From assembly GCA_002269645.1 (NCBI GenBank), contig NIVC01003837.1, forward strand, positions 10,493 to 74,492: a stretch of 64,000 bases of DNA. Direction: 5' to 3'. This DNA comes from Macrostomum lignano (Eukaryota). Under the pieces are notes generated by a model. It searched no databases. It worked only from the letters and a program-made list of their open reading frames with translations, and was not told the origin of the DNA. Position 1 is the stretch's first letter. Each line of letters opens with the position of its first letter. Of the stretch, positions 42,264-55,395 are shown piece by piece. The position numbers and the translations under genes are program-made.

Positions 42264-42384
42264 ATGAGTACAGTGCAAAGTGAAAATAGGATTTTGTCAT
42301 CTATGCAATTAGAAAATAGAAAAAAATATTGTGGAATTCATGAGCAAGAAATCAATTAAAGATTGGAACTGTAGTTGATATTTT

Positions 42385-42945
42385 TAGGGATCTGAAGTTG
42401 AGATTATTGGGGATCTAAAGTTGAGATTATTGGGGATCTAAAGTTGAAGTTTTTTTTGGGGATCTGAAATTGAGATTATTGGGGATCTGAAGTTGAGATT
42501 ATTGGGGACCTGAAGTTAAGATTATCGGGGATCTTAAGTTGAGATTATTGGGGATCTAAAGTTGAGATTATTGGGGATCTGAAGTTGAAGTTTTTTGGGG
42601 ATCTGAAATGAGATTATTGGGGATCTGAAGTTGAGATTATCGGGGATCTGAAGTTGAGATTATTGGGGATCTGAAGTTGAGATTATTGGGGATCTGAAGT
42701 TGAGATTATTGGGGATCTAAAGTTTAAATTATTGGGGATCTGAAGTTGAGATTATTGGGGATCTGATGTTGAGATTATTTGGAATCTGAAGTTGAGATTA
42801 TTGGGGATCTGAAGTTGAGATTATTGGGGATCTGAAGTTGAGATTATTGGGGATCTGAAGTTGAGATTATTGGGGATCTGAAGTTGAGATTATTGGGGAT
42901 CTGAAGTTGAGATTATTGGGGATCTGAAGTTGAGATTATTGGGAA
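42385..42945. repeat. 23-bp minisatellite (ggggatctgaagttgagattatt)n
   Basis: About 24 units upstream of UBA1. Confidence 0.95.
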
Positions 42946-44537
42946 ACTGAAGTTTCGGTTTTTTACAATCTAAAATTGAGATTTTTGAGGATCTGAATTT
43001 AGGATTTAAAGATCTTGTAAAGTTGTAACCAGAACTGGGAAATTATAATTGAGTTTCTGGCATCTGAAAATGCAAATTATTTAAGTTTTATGTTAGCCTT
43101 ACTAATAGTAGCACAATTCTACTTATTCAGCAATTTTTATTTAAAAAATAAAAGGACAACAAAAACTACGAGTAGAATAAAATTCTTCTTGCACAAGATG
43201 CATCATCCTGGTTTCCCGGGTATCAATCCTTTAATTCTAAGTTTAATGTTTGAAACTTTAATCGTTAGTAAAACTGCAAATGGTTAAAAACTGTTTACTG
43301 GAAAAAATTAGAAAAATGAAAACTGTACTATGCTGCATACTGTACAAACAGTGAATATATGCGCTACTGTAGTGTACAGTGCATTGATTGGGGTGTACAC
43401 TTCAAGTTCAGCCAGCAAGGATAGAGGGGAGAGAGAGAAGGAAGGGAACGGGGAGAGAGTGGGTGTGAAATATGTGGCATCGCCTTTTTGGATTTGCATG
43501 GGTCCGGATGTGACTTGGCCTGTCTGCCCCAGCTAGGACTTGTGCGAATTTGGGTTTTTGGCTAAGTACACAGCTTAAGGCAGGGCTGGACTGTCTTTCT
43601 AGCTGCTAGCTAACAGGAGACTAAAAATAGCTCTTTCATAGCGTCATTTCACTTGCCTGCAAGCACTCTGTGCTACGCCCCATATCTCCTTTCTCTCTCT
43701 CTACCCCTATAAGCTGAATGTATAACATCTATAATATACCGAAGTGTAGTTTATAAGCTAGCACCGTCTTTCCCTCAGTGTAGCTCGGCTTCTTTTCCTC
43801 TCTACACAGATAAGAAATAGGGATAGAGAAAGAGAGAACTGAGAAGGGCGAGAAAGAGAGACAGAGAGACTCGCAGAGTACAGTTGGGAACTGCCTGCTC
43901 ACCAACTCTATTCGCTTACCCTCTCCACCCGCTCTCTGCCTGACCCTTGCTGCGCTTGCGTACTTGCACAGAAAACAAGGTAAGAGTGACACACAAACCG
44001 GCTTATGGGTAGAGAGATTCAGATTGTAAGAGAGGAGAGAGAGGAGAGGCATATAGAGAGAATTTCTCAGTCTGTTCAGCCGTAGCTAAGAGTAAAGAGG
44101 GTGACTGCTAGTCCAGGTGAGTTTCTCTCGCATCTGCCATAGGTTATATCCTCCTCCCCCTTGGTCTGCCCAACAGAATTAGACAGCTTTAAACTGGGCC
44201 TTATAAAGTAGCCAGCTGTCTGCTACTAGCTCAGCATCCTTCAAGCTTCATCAGAGAGCCAGAGTGAAATATAGATAATCCGATAGACCAACATATCTAA
44301 TTACATTTTATATGTATAGAGATTTTAAAGCCGCTAGACTACAACAGGTATTATACACATTATAAATATTTATCAATGACCTTTGTAATGTACATATACT
44401 ATATATAATATTACTAAATATGTACTTTTGTTTTTTAGACAGCGGCATCGCAGGCTACAGCAACAGGAGACGAACGCTCGAACGGTACCGGTTCACAGCA
44501 GCAGCAACAGCAAGCCAACGGTTCCAGCGCTAACAGC

Positions 44538-47500
44538 ATGTCTAACAATAGCCGATCAGCTGTTAACGGCACCAACGGTGTCGAGATAGACGACTCGCTG
44601 TACAGTCGGCAGCTGTACGTGCTCGGTCACGAAGCTATGCGCAGTATGGCCACGTCCAATGTGCTGATCTGCGGCCTGCGCGGCCTGGGCATTGAGATTG
44701 CTAAGAATGTCATCCTGGGCGGAGTGAAGTCGGTCAGCCTGATAGACAACTCACCACCAGATTGGTCAGACCTGACCAGCCAGTTCTACATTGAAGAGTC
44801 AGATATTGGCGGCTCAAAATCTCGAGCTCAAATTTGTCTGCCTAAGCTAGCCGAACTCAACAATTATGTTCGAGTATCGGCGCTTGAAGGCGAACTAACT
44901 GAGGATGCGATTAAACAGTTCCGAGTTGTAGTGCTGACTGACTGGCCAATGGCTGAGCAGTTGCGCATTAATCAGGTGTGCAGGAAGCATGGGGCCAGGT
45001 TTATTACCGCCTCTGCTGCCGGCCTGTTTGGCGGCATCTTCTGCGACTTTGGCGATGCGTTCTCCGTTACTGACAAGAATGGCGAGCCGTGCAAGAATTT
45101 CATAGTAGACTGGATTGAGCAATCGGCAGATGGGACTGTGACCTGCGCTCAGGACTCTAGGCACGATCTGGAGGATGGGGACTATGTCACCTTCACTGGG
45201 GTGCAGGGCATGACCCCGTTGAATGGCTGCGCTCCACGGAAAGTGCAGGTGAGTTGTGCCACGCTGGCTCTGGGTTTGAGAAGAATGTTTTAGAATATTT
45301 AAAACGATTAAAAATCTCTCCCAAATCCACAAGAATCACTCATAAATCCAACTAAAATTATTAATAAATCCACCTAAAAAATCTCCTAAATTCTCGTAAG
45401 AATCGCTCCTAAATGCCCCTAAGAATCGCTCCTAAATATACCTAAAAATCCCTCCTAAATACACCTAAGAATCGCTGCTAAATATACCTAAGAATCGCTC
45501 CTAAATACACCTAAGAATCGCTCCTAAATATACCTAAGAATCGCTGCTAAATATACCTAAGAATCGCTCCTAAATAGACCTAAAAATCGCTCCTAAATAC
45601 ACCTACGAATCGTTCCTAAATCCGCTAAGAATCGCTCTTATAAATCCATCTAAAAGTCACTTCTAAATCCTCTTAAGAATCACTCCTAAATCCCACTCGA
45701 ATCGTCCATAAAATTAAATAGAAAAAAACACCCGTTTCAAGGACGTTTCGTCAGTTCACATTAATTTCCCAGGCTATGTACGCAAAGGTATTGCTTAGCT
45801 AGCATTTCCTCAGTATCAATTTTCTGCATTCCGCACTACATCAGTACCAAGTGCGGCCTGTTAAAGTTTAGTCAATTACTGTGCACTAGTGACTGTCTGC
45901 CCCATGGCAGACCCAATGAGTTCAAGTATAAAAATAGATCTTCGTATATTTTTGCGTCAGTTTTACTACACCAAAAGTAAATTTCGATTGTCATGTACCT
46001 TGTTTATTACTCTACTAAGAGTAGAAATATGAAAATATGAAAACTAAATTTTCAGGTGGTGAACCCAAGCAGATTCAAAATCGGCGACACTAGCGGATTC
46101 CCGCCCTACGAGAAGGGCGGGTATTGCAAGGAAGTGAAAATGCCGGAACAGATCAGCTTTAAATCTCTGCAGGATGCATTGGCTAGTCCCGAGTTTGTCA
46201 TCACGGACTTTGCCAAGTTTGACAGGCCGGCACAGATTCACGCACTGTTCCAGGTAATTTTTATTTCACTTAAATAATCACTGCATATCTCAGCCACGGA
46301 TCTATCAATCATCAGCTCATATCTATCAAACTGATCTATCAATCATCAGCTGACATCTATCAAACTGATCTATCAATCATCAGCTGACATCTATCAAACT
46401 GATCCATCAATCACCAGCTGACATCTATCAAACTGATCTATCAATCATCAGCTCAAATCTATCAAACTGATCTATCAATCATTAGCTGACATCTATCGCA
46501 CTGATCTATCGTGCAACTATCAATCCCCAGGCCCTGTCCGAGTTCGAATCCCGCCATTCGGGCCGCCGGCCGGAGCCCGGCAACGCCGCGGAAGCCGCCG
46601 AGCTGGCCAGAATCGCTGAGGAGATCGCCAAGCGCCAGGGTCTCGAGCCCGCCCCCGACCCCAAACTGGCGGCCACCTTCGCTCAGGTCAGCTCGGGTCA
46701 GCTGGCCCCGGTCCATGCCGTGATTGGCGGCACAGCCAGCCAGGAAGTGATGAAGGCCTGCTCTGGCAGGTTCAATCCTATCAGACAGTTTCTGTACTTT
46801 GACGCGCTCGAATGCTTGCCCGAAGGTGCCGCACCCTCGGTGGCGCCAGCCGACGGGAAGCGGTACACCGGCCAGACTGCCGTGTTTGGTGACGAATTTC
46901 AGGTGAGCCAGTTTTCTAATTTATTTATTTTCCGAAATCCATGACATCTATAAGCATTTGCGCTGCTTTAGATGGCTTAGTGTCATTAGCTCGTAATTGT
47001 GAAATAGTTAGTCCCCAAATGGCAGGTGTCATTAATCCTCTATTGCCCAAATGCATTAATCCCTAAATTACAGGTGTCATTAATCCTCTATTGCCCAAAT
47101 GCATTAATCCCTAAATGGCAGGTGTCATTAATCCTCTATTTTAAAATTCATTAATCCCTAAATGACAGGTGTCATTAATCCTCTATTTTAAAATTCATTA
47201 ATCCCTAAATGACAGGTGTCATTAATCCTCTATTGCCCAAGTGCATTAATCCCCAAATGACAGGTGTCATTAATCCTCTATTGCCCTAATTCTTAACCCC
47301 CAAATGACAGGTGTCATTAATCCTCTATTGCCCAAATGCATTAATCCCCAAATGGCAGGTGTCATTACTCCTTTATTGCCCAAATGCATTACTCCCCAGA
47401 TGACAGGTGTCATTAATCCTTTATTCCCCAACTTCTTTAATCCTCTATTGCCCAAATGCATTAATCCCCAAATGACAGGTGTCATTAATCCTTTATTCCC

Positions 47501-50500
47501 CAAATTCATTAATCCCCTTATGGCAGGTGTCTTTAATCCTCTTTTGCCCAAATCAATTATTCTCCTTCCATCTGACAACTCACTTCAGTCTCGCCTCGGC
47601 TCCGCCCGAGTGTTCCTGGTTGGCGCAGGCGCTCTGGGCTGCGAGCTGTTGAAAAACTTCGCCCTGATGGGCATCGGCACCGGCAGCCGCGGTGGTCAGG
47701 TGATCGTCACCGACATGGACCGGATCGAGAAGAGCAATCTGAACCGGCAGTTCCTGTTCCGGCCCTGGGACATTGGCCGCGCCAAGTCCACAACTGCCGC
47801 CAAGGCTGCCATCAGGATGAATCCGAATTTCAAAGTCGAATCGCAGGAGAATCGAGTCGGTCCAGAGACCGAGGCCATCTATACCGATGATTTCTTTGAA
47901 AACCTCACCGTTGTTGTCAACGCATTGGACAACGTCGAGGCCAGGACTTACGTTGATCGGCGTTGTGTTTATTATAGGAAGCCGCTGATGGAGTCCGGCA
48001 CCACAGGGACCAAAGCCAACACTCAGGTTGTGCTGCCGTTTCTCACCGAGTCCTACAGCAGCTCGCAGGATCCGCCGGAGAAAACCACGCCAATTTGTAC
48101 TCTGAAGAATTTCCCCTACCAGATTGAGCACACTATTCAGTGGGCTAGGTGAGTTGCCATTTGTCTTAATCACGGGTGCCATTTTTCTTACTCACGGGTG
48201 CCATTTGTCTTAGTCACGGGTGCTACTTGTGTTAGTCACGGGTGCCATTTTTCTTAATCACGGGTGCCATTTTTCTTAATCACGGGTGCCATTTTTCTTA
48301 ATCACGGGTGCCATTTTTCTTAATCACGGGTGCCATTTGTCTTAGTCACGGGTTCCAGTTTTATTAATCACGGCTGTCATTTTATTAATCACGGCTGTCA
48401 TTTTTATTAATCACGGCTGTCATTTTTATTAATCACGGCTGTCATTTTTATTAATCACGGGTGTCATTTTTATTAATCACGGGTGCCATTTTTCTTAATC
48501 ACGGGTGCCATTTTTCTTAATCACGGGTGCCATTTTTCTTAATCACGGGTGCCATTTTTCTTAATCACGGGTGCCATTTTTCTTAATCACGGGTGCCATT
48601 TGTCTTAGTCACGGGTTCCAGTTTTATTAATCACGGCTGTCATTTTGATGTGGCCGCAGCCTTCTGCTGCAAGCATAGGGCCGCAGTCACATCTTAGGCA
48701 CTGTTGTCCGCTGCTAGTATCTGGAATAGGAATTTTTCTGCTGCCTCCATGCACTCTAAGCAGCCCTCCTTGGCGCTCAGAAGTTGCACATTATGGCGCA
48801 ATGGTGACGTCAATAACATAGGAAATTAGGAAGTTTTGCCTAGCCTAGGGTTAGTTAGTGGAAGCCGCCAAATTTGGCGCTTGCCTGTACTGTTGTTGCC
48901 TGGCCTGCCGCGTACGATCGCTCAGTGTACGCAAGTCTAGTTAGCCGCACTCCTCCCCCGTGCGCTCTCTGGACCCTTCCCCTTTTCTGCTCTCTCGTTC
49001 CTCCTGCGTCCGAGCCTCTCCCCATGCGTCTTCTATTTTTAGACTGAGGGTTTCGCGGACCCCGTGTCCCGAGCTGAACCCTCCCTCACGTGCTGCCTTG
49101 TGCGCACAAGCCCAAATTTGGCATGCTATTGTCACTAGTGGCTGGAGGCGACTGTCGGCGCTTCGTACAAGCTACTTTCTCCCCCATGTTTAATCAATAT
49201 CTGTTGTGCATCATTATCCGCACTTTTCGGGCTGCAGTTCCATGGTCAAGCCACGGAATGCCCAAACGCTCCACCCTCCGCGTTCTATATTAACGAATGC
49301 AGGCCCGCTTGTCTGAATTTTTCCTCAGAACCGTTTTGACCGCTGGTCAGACTTGTCGAGAGCCTTCTCCAAGTCAAGCGCTCTAGCGCCGGTTAACAGC
49401 GAAGCAAAGCTCCTGAGCAGGTCTTGGTAGAGCTTTAAGCATCGCTAAGCAGCTGCAAGCTCCTGAGCAGGTCTTGGTAGAGCATTGCAGCGCTCAAGCA
49501 GAAAGCACGCTCCTGAGCAGGTCTTGGTAGAGCATTGCTAGTGCTATAGCTCTGGTTTTCCAGCCTACCCTATTGGCAGGAAATCAGTTAGCTGAAGCCA
49601 TTCTGCTAGTGTCAATTCGCGACACAGGCGCGAATAAGAGTGAGAGTGAGTGTGCAGTCGCAGCACTCGTGCGCGATTCTAAGACTAGCTGTTAGTTTAT
49701 AGGCCTAGAGTCTATTGCTGCTTCAGGCGCATAGACCTATTCCTCGCCGCCCATCTGCGCGAGACGTAGCTATTAGGTTGGTAGGAGTTAGGGGTCCTCT
49801 GAGAGCTAAACTCAGACACGCTCAAGCGCGGACATTTGTCAGTGCCAGGACTGCGCCGCTCAGGCCATTTGCTACCATTGAGTCCTGTCACTTGGACATT
49901 GAAATATCTGAGACTAGTTGTTCTAGCGTTATTTATTTGCGTGGAGCCCAAACAGACCCCTTCATTGCGGATCCTACGGTTCCCACGCTGGTGGCAGCAC
50001 TACCCTTAATTTTAGATTTCTCCCCAGTCTCAGCCCCCATAAGTATAACCGCTAAGACCGCCCCGGCCAATAGCAGTCCACCTAGTTCTATCCCGGGCAG
50101 TAAAGCGAGTTATAACATTTTTTATTAATCACGGCTGTCATTTTTATTAATCACGGCTGTCATTTTTATTAATCACGGGTGTCATTTTTATTAATCACGG
50201 GTTCCAGTTTTATTAATCACGGCTGTCATTTTTATTAATCACGGCTGTCATTTTTATTAATCACGGCTGTCATTTTTATTAATCACGGCTGTCATTTTTA
50301 TTAATCACGGGTGTCATTTTTTATCACGGGTTTATTATTAATCACGGGTTCCATTTTTATTAATCACGGTGCTATTTTTTTAAAGTCACAGGTGTATGAA
50401 TTATAATTGCCAATATTTTGAGTTATTTTTTACTTTTCACCCAGGGATTACCTGGAGGGCGTGTTCTGCCAACAGTCGCAGACTCTGCACCAGTTCCTTC

Positions 50501-52743
50501 ACGATCCCACATTCATGGAGCGAACCCTGGCTCTGCCCGGCAACCAGGGCATTGAGACGCTGGAGGCCATCAAGACCAACCTGTTGGACAAGCGGCCGAA
50601 AGATTTTGCCGACTGCATCACCTGGGCCAGGATGCAGTTTGAAGAGATCTTTAACAATCAGATTCGGCAGCTGTTGTTCAACTTTCCGCCTAACCAGGTT
50701 TGTGCGGTTTTAATTGGTGTCAACCTTGGTTGACCTCAGTCCCATTGTGTGACCGTCCGTTATAGAAGACTTCTGCACTCAATTGATCCCAACCCCCTGC
50801 GTGGAATGCCTTCAGGTGACCCTATCTCTACCCCATTGATATCTTCATGTGACCCCATCTACTGCACAATGTCCTCAGGTGACCTCATCTACCCCACAAT
50901 GTCCTCAGGTGACCCCATCTACCCCACAATGTCCTCAGGTGACCCCATCTACCCCAAAATGTCCTCAGGTGACCCCATCTACCCCACAATGTCCTCAGGT
51001 GACCCCATCTACCCCACAATGTCCTCAGGTGACCCCATCTACCCCACAATGTCCTCAGGTGACCCCATCTACTCCAAAATGTCCTCAGGTGACCCCATCT
51101 ACCCCACAATGTCCTCAGGTGACCCCATCTACTCCAAAATGTCCTCAGGTGACCCCATGTACCCCAAAATGTCTTCAGGTAACCCCATCTACCCCACAAT
51201 GTCCTCAGGTGACATTATCTACCCCACAATGTCCTCAGGTGACCAAATCTACCCGACAATGTCCTCAGGTGATCCCATCTACCCCAAAATGTCCTCAGGT
51301 GACCCCATGTACCCCAAAATGTCTTCAGGTAACCCCATCTACCCCACAATGTCCTCAGGTGACCCCATCTACCCCACAATGTCCTCAGGTGACCCCATCT
51401 ACCCCACAATGTCCTCAGGTGACCAAATCTACCCGACAATGTCCTCAGGTGATCCCATCTACCCCAAAATGTCCTCAGGTGACCCCATGTACCCCAAAAT
51501 GTCTTCAGGTAACCCCATCTACCCCACAATGTCCTCAGGTGACCCCATCTACCCCATAATGTCCTCAGGTGACCCCATCTACCCCACAATGTCCTCAGGT
51601 GACCCCATGTACCCCAAAATGTCTTCAGGTAACCCCATCTACCCCACAATGTCCTCAGGTGACCCCATGTACTCCAAAATGTCCTCAGGTGACCCCATCT
51701 ACCCCACAATGTCCTCAGGTGACCCCATCTACCCCACAATGTCCTCAGGTGACCTCATCGGGCGCTCCGTTCTGGAGCGGCGTGAAGAAGTGCCCAACTC
51801 CGCTGTCCTTCGACGCGGCCGACCCGACCCACTGCGAGTTCGTCACCGCCGCCGCCAACCTTCGCGCTTTCGTGTTCGGCGTCCCCGGGGCTTTCGGCGA
51901 TCGCAAAGCCATCGGCCAGCTGGCGGGTTCCATCCGTGTGCCCGAGTTCGTGCCCCGGTCGGGCGTCCGCATAGCAACCAACGACACGGAGCTGCAGAGC
52001 CAGCTGTCCGTGTCCTCCTCGACCGAGCCGGACGCGCTGGACAATCTGGCCAAGGATCTGCTCGAAGCCAAGTCGCAGTTCGCCGCCTCCGGCCTCGCCG
52101 ACTCCGTCCGAGTGGTGGAATTCGAGAAAGACGACGACTCGAACTATCACATGGATTTTATTACCGCTTGCAGCAACCTGAGGGCGGCCAACTACGATAT
52201 TGAGCAGGCCGACCGGCACAAGACTAAACTCATTGCCGGCCGCATTGTGCCCGCCATCGCCACCACAACCTCCGTAGCTGTCGGCCTGGTCTGCCTGGAG
52301 CTCTACAAACTGCTGCAGGGTCGGCAGAAGCTCGAGGACTACAAGAACGGCTTCTTGAATCTGGCGCACCCGTTCTTCGCCTTCTCCGAGCCGCTGCCGC
52401 CTGCCAAGCACAAGTATCACGACACCGAGTTCACCCTGTGGGATCGGTTCGAGATTGACGGCGACATGACTGTGCAGCAGTTGATTGATCATTTCCAGGT
52501 GAGTCTCCACTTAGTCTCTGGTAATTTTCTTCACTGTCTCAGTGTGAGCTTCAACTGTTATTGATTTCTTATTTGTAGGAGAAGCACAAGCTGGAGGTGA
52601 CCATGATCACCCAGGGCATCTCCATGCTGTTCTCCTTCTTCATGCCGCCTGCCAAGAAGAAGGCTCGGCTCGGCTGCGAGTGAGTTGCAGACTTTCATAC
52701 TGCCTGACTGTGTCTGTCTGTCTCTATCTATCTATCTGTCTGT

Positions 52744-52776
<33 letters not shown>

Positions 52777-52820
52777 TGCCTGTCTGTCTGTCTTAGTGTC
52801 TGTCTGTCTGTCTGTCTGTC

Positions 52821-52889
<69 letters not shown>

Positions 52890-53109
52890 ATCAGTGTCCG
52901 CCAGTCTGTCAGTGAATCCTCAAGAGTCCCAGCCGCTCAGCTCTCCCTCCCGCCCCCGCAACCGCAGGATCTCTAAAGTGGTGGAGGAGGTCACCAAGAA
53001 GCCGATCCCGGCGCACGTCAAGAGCCTGGTCATCGAGCTGTCCTGCAACGACAGCGAAGGCGAAGACGTTGACGTGCCCTACGTGAAGTACAACCTGCCC
53101 GGCAAGTGA
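44538..53109 (+). CDS. UBA1: Ubiquitin-activating enzyme E1 (8 coding exons)
   Basis: Exons 44538-45248, 46056-46253, 46531-46902, 47589-48148, 50445-50697, 51749-52498, 52579-52679, 52968-53109, all GT-AG with compatible phases. Motifs [47 protein letters not shown], catalytic [23 protein letters not shown]-terminal UFD ending [17 protein letters not shown] at ~53299. Confidence 0.98.
45340..47550. repeat. UBA1 intron 1-3 minisatellites (23-bp at 45340-45700; ~34-bp at 46296-46520; ~48-bp at 47011-47550)
   Basis: cctaagaatcgctcctaaatata; atctatcaaactgatctatcaatcatcagctgac; aaatgacaggtgtcattaatcctctattgcccaaatgcattaatcccc. Confidence 0.9.
48155..50370. repeat. 22-bp minisatellite in UBA1 intron 4, split by an insertion
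   Basis: ttaatcacgg(g/c)tg(c/t)cattttt units at 48155-48645 and 50118-50370. Confidence 0.92.
48646..50117. mobile_element. Probable solo LTR (~1.47 kb) inserted in the UBA1 intron-4 minisatellite
   Basis: Begins TG and ends CA (tgatgtgg..ttataaca). Splits the ttattaatcacggctgtcattt array. agtaaa lies just before the 3' end; internal 3x gctcctgagcaggtcttggtagagc. TSD ambiguous within a T-run. Confidence 0.55.
50812..51748 (+). repeat. 30-bp minisatellite ending exactly at the UBA1 exon-6 acceptor
   Basis: About 31 units of gtgaccccatctaccccacaatgtcctcag. Confidence 0.95.
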
Positions 53110-55395
53110 GGCCACAGCTTGGCGGCCCAGACTAGCGAAAGACTTCAACTAATGATTTTCGTGTTCATCCATGTTGTCACCAATCCAGGCCCGAGCTCTT
53201 CGGTTCTAAGATTAAAATATCAGTTGTTATTCCGCCGGTCTGTCGCAAGAGCAGAAACTCAACCCAACACTTCGATAACCCAAGTTCATTAATTATTAAT
53301 AAATTTGAAGTCCCTGTTTGTGCAACCATTTTTGTGAAGCATAAAAAATTTAAATAACCGCGAAGTTTAACTCTCAGCGCACTTAAACAACATGGCTATT
53401 CAGAATTGCTAAGTTTAGTGGCTCTCTACCTGCGTGCATTAATTTTTCACTATAATAAATATTGCTTTATTTGTCAGTGCATTGCTAAATTTATCGTGTG
53501 CCCGAATACTTGCTAACTGAACTGTCAATCTTAAAGAGCATTATATTATTAATAAATAATAATTAGCAAGTAACTTGTCGGTCGTATTTTATTTCAACTG
53601 ATGCTTTATCTGACAAATTATATATTGAAATAATAATAATATTATAGTCTGTAATATTGATATCACTCCCCAAACCGTGGGAGTCCTGTGCTCTTTGTTA
53701 TCCTTTAAGCCTTGGTCTTTGTTTCGTTAATAAATTATGCATCGTACTTTTTAATAACAGAAAAACACAACTTTGCTACTTATAATTAGTGACTCAGTAG
53801 TGTAGTTATGACATTAGAACCGCAAATATCGATTATTTAACAAACATGGAAAGTTCCAATTTAAATATCCGCTTAGAATTGTATAGCAAATTGACTACCA
53901 ATAGTTCAATGCATCAATTGTTATCCCTTTCGAATTCACCGTTAAGTCCCTGCTTCAAGCAGTTATATCCAATATCTTGTCTACTTTTTGGTCTTCTAAA
54001 AAAGCGCGCGCACCTGCGGCTGCCGCGCTGAGCAGTCGGTGCCAGCCCGCCGTTCACCCGCCTATTCAGGCCTGGATCTTTCTTTTTTAATTCTAGTATA
54101 CTGAATAATATTATTTATACTTATGCTTGTCGACTGCTTATAAATTTCACAACTCGAATGCTTTTTTCTGCAATCCCGTCTTACAGGCCATAACTCCTCA
54201 GCCGCCACTGCATCATAAACAAAGCATGGGTCGGATTGGTGTGGAGAATGAGTCCGCGCTAATGAATTCCATTCATTTTGCTTTTGTCTCCGAATCCATT
54301 TAGGCCGTATGCTATCCGGTTGAATAATAAAACAGTATCGCCTCCATCGAGCGGTTCGCTTGCCCAACCCATCAATTTGTTTCGGCATTGAAAAATCCGT
54401 TTGTTCGTTTGTCGACTCCGTCATTTTCGGAAATCTACTAAAAGTAGTATAGTAAAATGATTGACATCTTTGAGAATGTAAAAATATCTCTAGGATTGCG
54501 TTTTTGAAGAAATGTGTTTTATTCATTATACATTCATTATTCATTATACATGTATTTTGACCGTGATTTTAATTGTGTGTACCTTCGGAATAGAAATACT
54601 TTTGCAAAAACGTAAAAGATTGTCATCATTGGCGAAGCGAAGCAAGGGCTCAGATACTACTCAACAGTAGTTAATATGCCGAAAATGGTTGATTACAATC
54701 AATCAGCATGATTGAATTAGTGGATGCATGCGCTTAGAACGAGTAGACTATTGCACATTGTCTACCGATATGCTGCGATCCGCCTCTAACACCGCTCACG
54801 CGGTCAAAAGTACATAACGACATTCGTCAAAATACAAAAGCTCCGATTCGGCAATAATCAGTTGAAAATGTAAATCGCATTATTGTAAAATCTTTTGTAG
54901 AAAAATCTGGAATTTAGAGGCATCCATATATACAGGTAATGAGAGAAGTGACTCGACTGGAATATTATGTACAAAATAGATTGGTAATTAGCTAGAGCGA
55001 GGACAATGGAAGCATCGAATAAAAAGAATGGCATTTGAGCGGCGCTTTGAAGGCTTCAATCCGTATAAATTAATAACTGGACAATGCATCACACCTGAAT
55101 ATTTCTTCATAAAATAGGAATTATCAAGGCATCAGCAGTTAAAAAAATAAACAAACTTTTTTCCGACTGGGAAGTTGTTTTCGATACATATCGTATGCTT
55201 CACATGCTATAAATAACAATTCAATTTAAGCCGGAAGGCCAAAACCGATATTATACAAACATACTGATCCTGCATAAAAACTTAATTTAATAATTTAAGC
55301 TAAAAACGATACACAAATATCGCTCTAAAATGTTCTTTTCGATACATATCGGCATATTTACAAAGAGTGTAAAATTTGCATCAAATTAATTCGCG

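Noticed and set aside
50749-52203. 484-aa ORF with [10 protein letters not shown] repeats overlapping UBA1
   Set aside because: Alternate frame of the 30-bp array running into exon 6 out of frame.
54062-54544. 160-aa minus-strand ORF
   Set aside because: No domain, AT-rich ends, no splice or codon-bias support.
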